A DNA stretch of 52,713 nucleotides from a candidate division WWE3 bacterium RIFCSPHIGHO2_02_FULL_38_14 (GTDB lineage Bacteria; Patescibacteriota; WWE3; UBA101185; UBA10185): assembly GCA_001772865.1 (NCBI GenBank), contig MEVD01000021.1:1-52713 (forward strand), written 5' to 3'. The notes beneath the pieces were generated by a model that was given only the letters and a program-made list of their open reading frames with translations, searched no databases and was not told where the DNA came from. Positions 51,199 through 52,713 of the stretch are shown piece by piece (position 1 is the stretch's first letter; each line of letters opens with the position of its first letter). The translations under genes and the position numbers were made by a program.

Positions 51199-51264
51199 AT
51201 GTACAAAGGGACAAGCAGAAATCATCATAGATGGAGCACAAACCACCTAACGGCGGTTATCTAG
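51199..51264 (+). CDS. Putative His-containing leader peptide (21 aa)
   Basis: MYKGTSRNHHRWSTNHLTAVI*; TGATACAAT extended -10 just upstream; overlaps alternative hairpins. Confidence 0.45.
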   Translation: MYKGTSRNHHRWSTNHLTAVI

Positions 51265-51312
51265 TCTGTTGCATGAGTCCCTTATAAAATATTTTTGATT
51301 TTTCACAGACTG

Positions 51313-51338
51313 AGCCGCCGAAAGGCGGTTTTTTTGTT
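51313..51338 (+). terminator. Intrinsic terminator with upstream antiterminator strand
   Basis: AGCCGCC-GAAA-GGCGGTT followed by T run. Confidence 0.85.
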
Positions 51339-51552
51339 GGTTGAAATCGTAAGTCTACGGGGAGAGTTTTAAAGTAGATTGAAAACTAAAAAATAATGAG
51401 AAGAATCCAAATAAACACTTTTTATCTAAAAAGTACTTCTTTGGGCTTTTCTCTATAGGTCAATAGTATTTCAAGAGAAAGCAACCAGCCAAGCTGCAAA
51501 CCACTCTGCCGGTTTGACAAATGGCCACCTCAAAATGAAGGAGGTGACAAAC

Positions 51553-51627
51553 GTGTCCTTCAACACCAAGGGTTATCGCGACCCCGATGATGACGAGGAA
51601 GAGAATGACCGCGAGTGGCGCCACTAA
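51553..51627 (+). CDS. Asp/Glu-rich micro-peptide 2 (24 aa, GTG start)
   Basis: AAGGAGGTGA SD; MSFNTKGYRDPDDDEEENDREWRH*. Confidence 0.62.
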   Translation: MSFNTKGYRDPDDDEEENDREWRH

Positions 51628-51680
51628 AAGCTGACCGGTTTGAGACTGGAGAGCTAAGGTGAGCCAGTAAAGGCAGAGCA

Positions 51681-51735
51681 TAGAAGGGGAAGATTGCAAA
51701 ATCAGCTTGGAGCGATCGAGCATCTTCCCCTTCTA
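51681..51735. repeat. Perfect 14-bp inverted repeat
   Basis: TAGAAGGGGAAGAT-N27-ATCTTCCCCTTCTA. Confidence 0.75.
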
Positions 51736-51817
51736 GGACGATTGTAGCATACAAATTGTATGCTCAATTTTAAAGAATTGGAGCATTATTTATTTAATTA
51801 AGTGGTAATATTTTTAT

Positions 51818-52713
51818 ATGGAGCAAAAAAACAAAAAACTAAGTACACAATCATATAAAGGCGCGAGGGATTTTTATCCTGAAGACATGCGTGCCAGAAA
51901 TTATATTTTTGAAACCTGGAAGAAGGTCTGCAGAAAGTACGGTTTTGACGAATACGACTTCCCCATTTTAGAACCTTACGAAATATTTGCCGCCAAAACC
52001 GGAGAAGAAATTGTGAAAGACCAGCTATACTCTTTTGAAGACAAAGGCGGCAGAAAGCTGGCAATAAGACCAGAGTTAACTCCCGGAACCGTAAGAATGA
52101 TCGCGCAGAAATACAAAGAGCTGGTTCAGCCGATTAAGTGGTTCATGATCGGAAATAACTGGCGGTTCGAGAAACCCCAGCTGGGAAGAGGCAGGGAGTT
52201 TTATCAGCTGGAAGTAAATATCTTCGGAGAAAAAAGTGTTGCCGCGGACTTTGAGATCTTCTCGATTATTATTGATGTAATGACTGCTTTCGGCGCCAAA
52301 AAAGAGCAGTTCGCTCTTTTATTAAGCGACAGAAGATTAATCAGCGCATTACTTAGCAACGCGCTTAAATTAAGTGAGGAAATGCAGGCAAAAGTCAGAA
52401 GGCTGATGGACAAAAGAAGCAAAATGGAAAAAGAAGAATTTTTAGCTTCGTTAAAAGAGCTTGGTATAAACCCGGAACAATGCAGAAAAGTAGAAGCCTT
52501 TATGAATTGCAGTTTAGAATCCATAAGCAGTATAATTCCCCCCGAAATTTTAAATGAAAATGACGGCTATAAATCAATCAAGGAGCTTTTTGAAATGCTA
52601 AATGCTTCGGGCTTAGGAGATTACTGCCGATTTGATCCTTCTATTATAAGAGGATTTGACTACAGCGACGGTTTAGTTTATGAAGTATTCGACAAAAATC
52701 CCAAAAACAGCCG
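51818..52713 (+). CDS. hisS: Histidyl-tRNA synthetase (partial, runs off window; not in ORF track)
   Basis: YKGARDFYP, FEDKGGRKLAIRPELT, RFEKPQLGRGREFYQ, IIRGFDYSDG. Confidence 0.95.
   Translation, partial: MEQKNKKLSTQSYKGARDFYPEDMRARNYIFETWKKVCRKYGFDEYDFPILEPYEIFAAKTGEEIVKDQLYSFEDKGGRKLAIRPELTPGTVRMIAQKYKELVQPIKWFMIGNNWRFEKPQLGRGREFYQLEVNIFGEKSVAADFEIFSIIIDVMTAFGAKKEQFALLLSDRRLISALLSNALKLSEEMQAKVRRLMDKRSKMEKEEFLASLKELGINPEQCRKVEAFMNCSLESISSIIPPEILNENDGYKSIKELFEMLNASGLGDYCRFDPSIIRGFDYSDGLVYEVFDKNPKNS

Noticed and set aside
51460-51754. Minus-strand ORFs 51460-51723 and 51560-51754; tmRNA or RNase P interpretation of this region
   Set aside because: The ORFs are antisense to an SD-led peptide with a paralog; no tmRNA termini or RNase P GAGGAAAGTCC motif found

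Overview
Low-GC chromosomal segment whose gene content suggests a Candidate Phyla Radiation (Patescibacteria, possibly WWE3/Microgenomates-like) bacterium; the taxonomy is inferred. It carries housekeeping blocks (recG end, rsmD, rpmF-nusB-acpP-rnc-rpsP-khpA-trmD; holB-gyrB-ppaC-gyrA-nrnA-rnhB; ruvC-yebC; efp, tRNA-Leu(CAA), dnaB, hisS start). A ~20 kb minus-strand type IV pilus locus (4814-25026) encodes PilB/T/C/D/M/N/O, ten prepilin-like proteins and no secretin. Embedded in it is a duplicated module of a small membrane-anchored protein plus a large Cys-rich secreted protein, a candidate interchangeable tip adhesin. Other notable points: a degenerate Lgt-like membrane domain fused in frame to a DksA-like factor; a stand-alone GreA coiled coil; an ACP lacking the canonical DSL serine; a CBS-containing GuaB with GMP-reductase-like features behind a short terminator-containing leader; and a Xer gene with a nearby dif-like site. 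Many genes have leaderless-type promoters. The 1.3 kb region before hisS holds two paralogous Asp-rich micro-peptides and a His-codon leader peptide with classical attenuator geometry.
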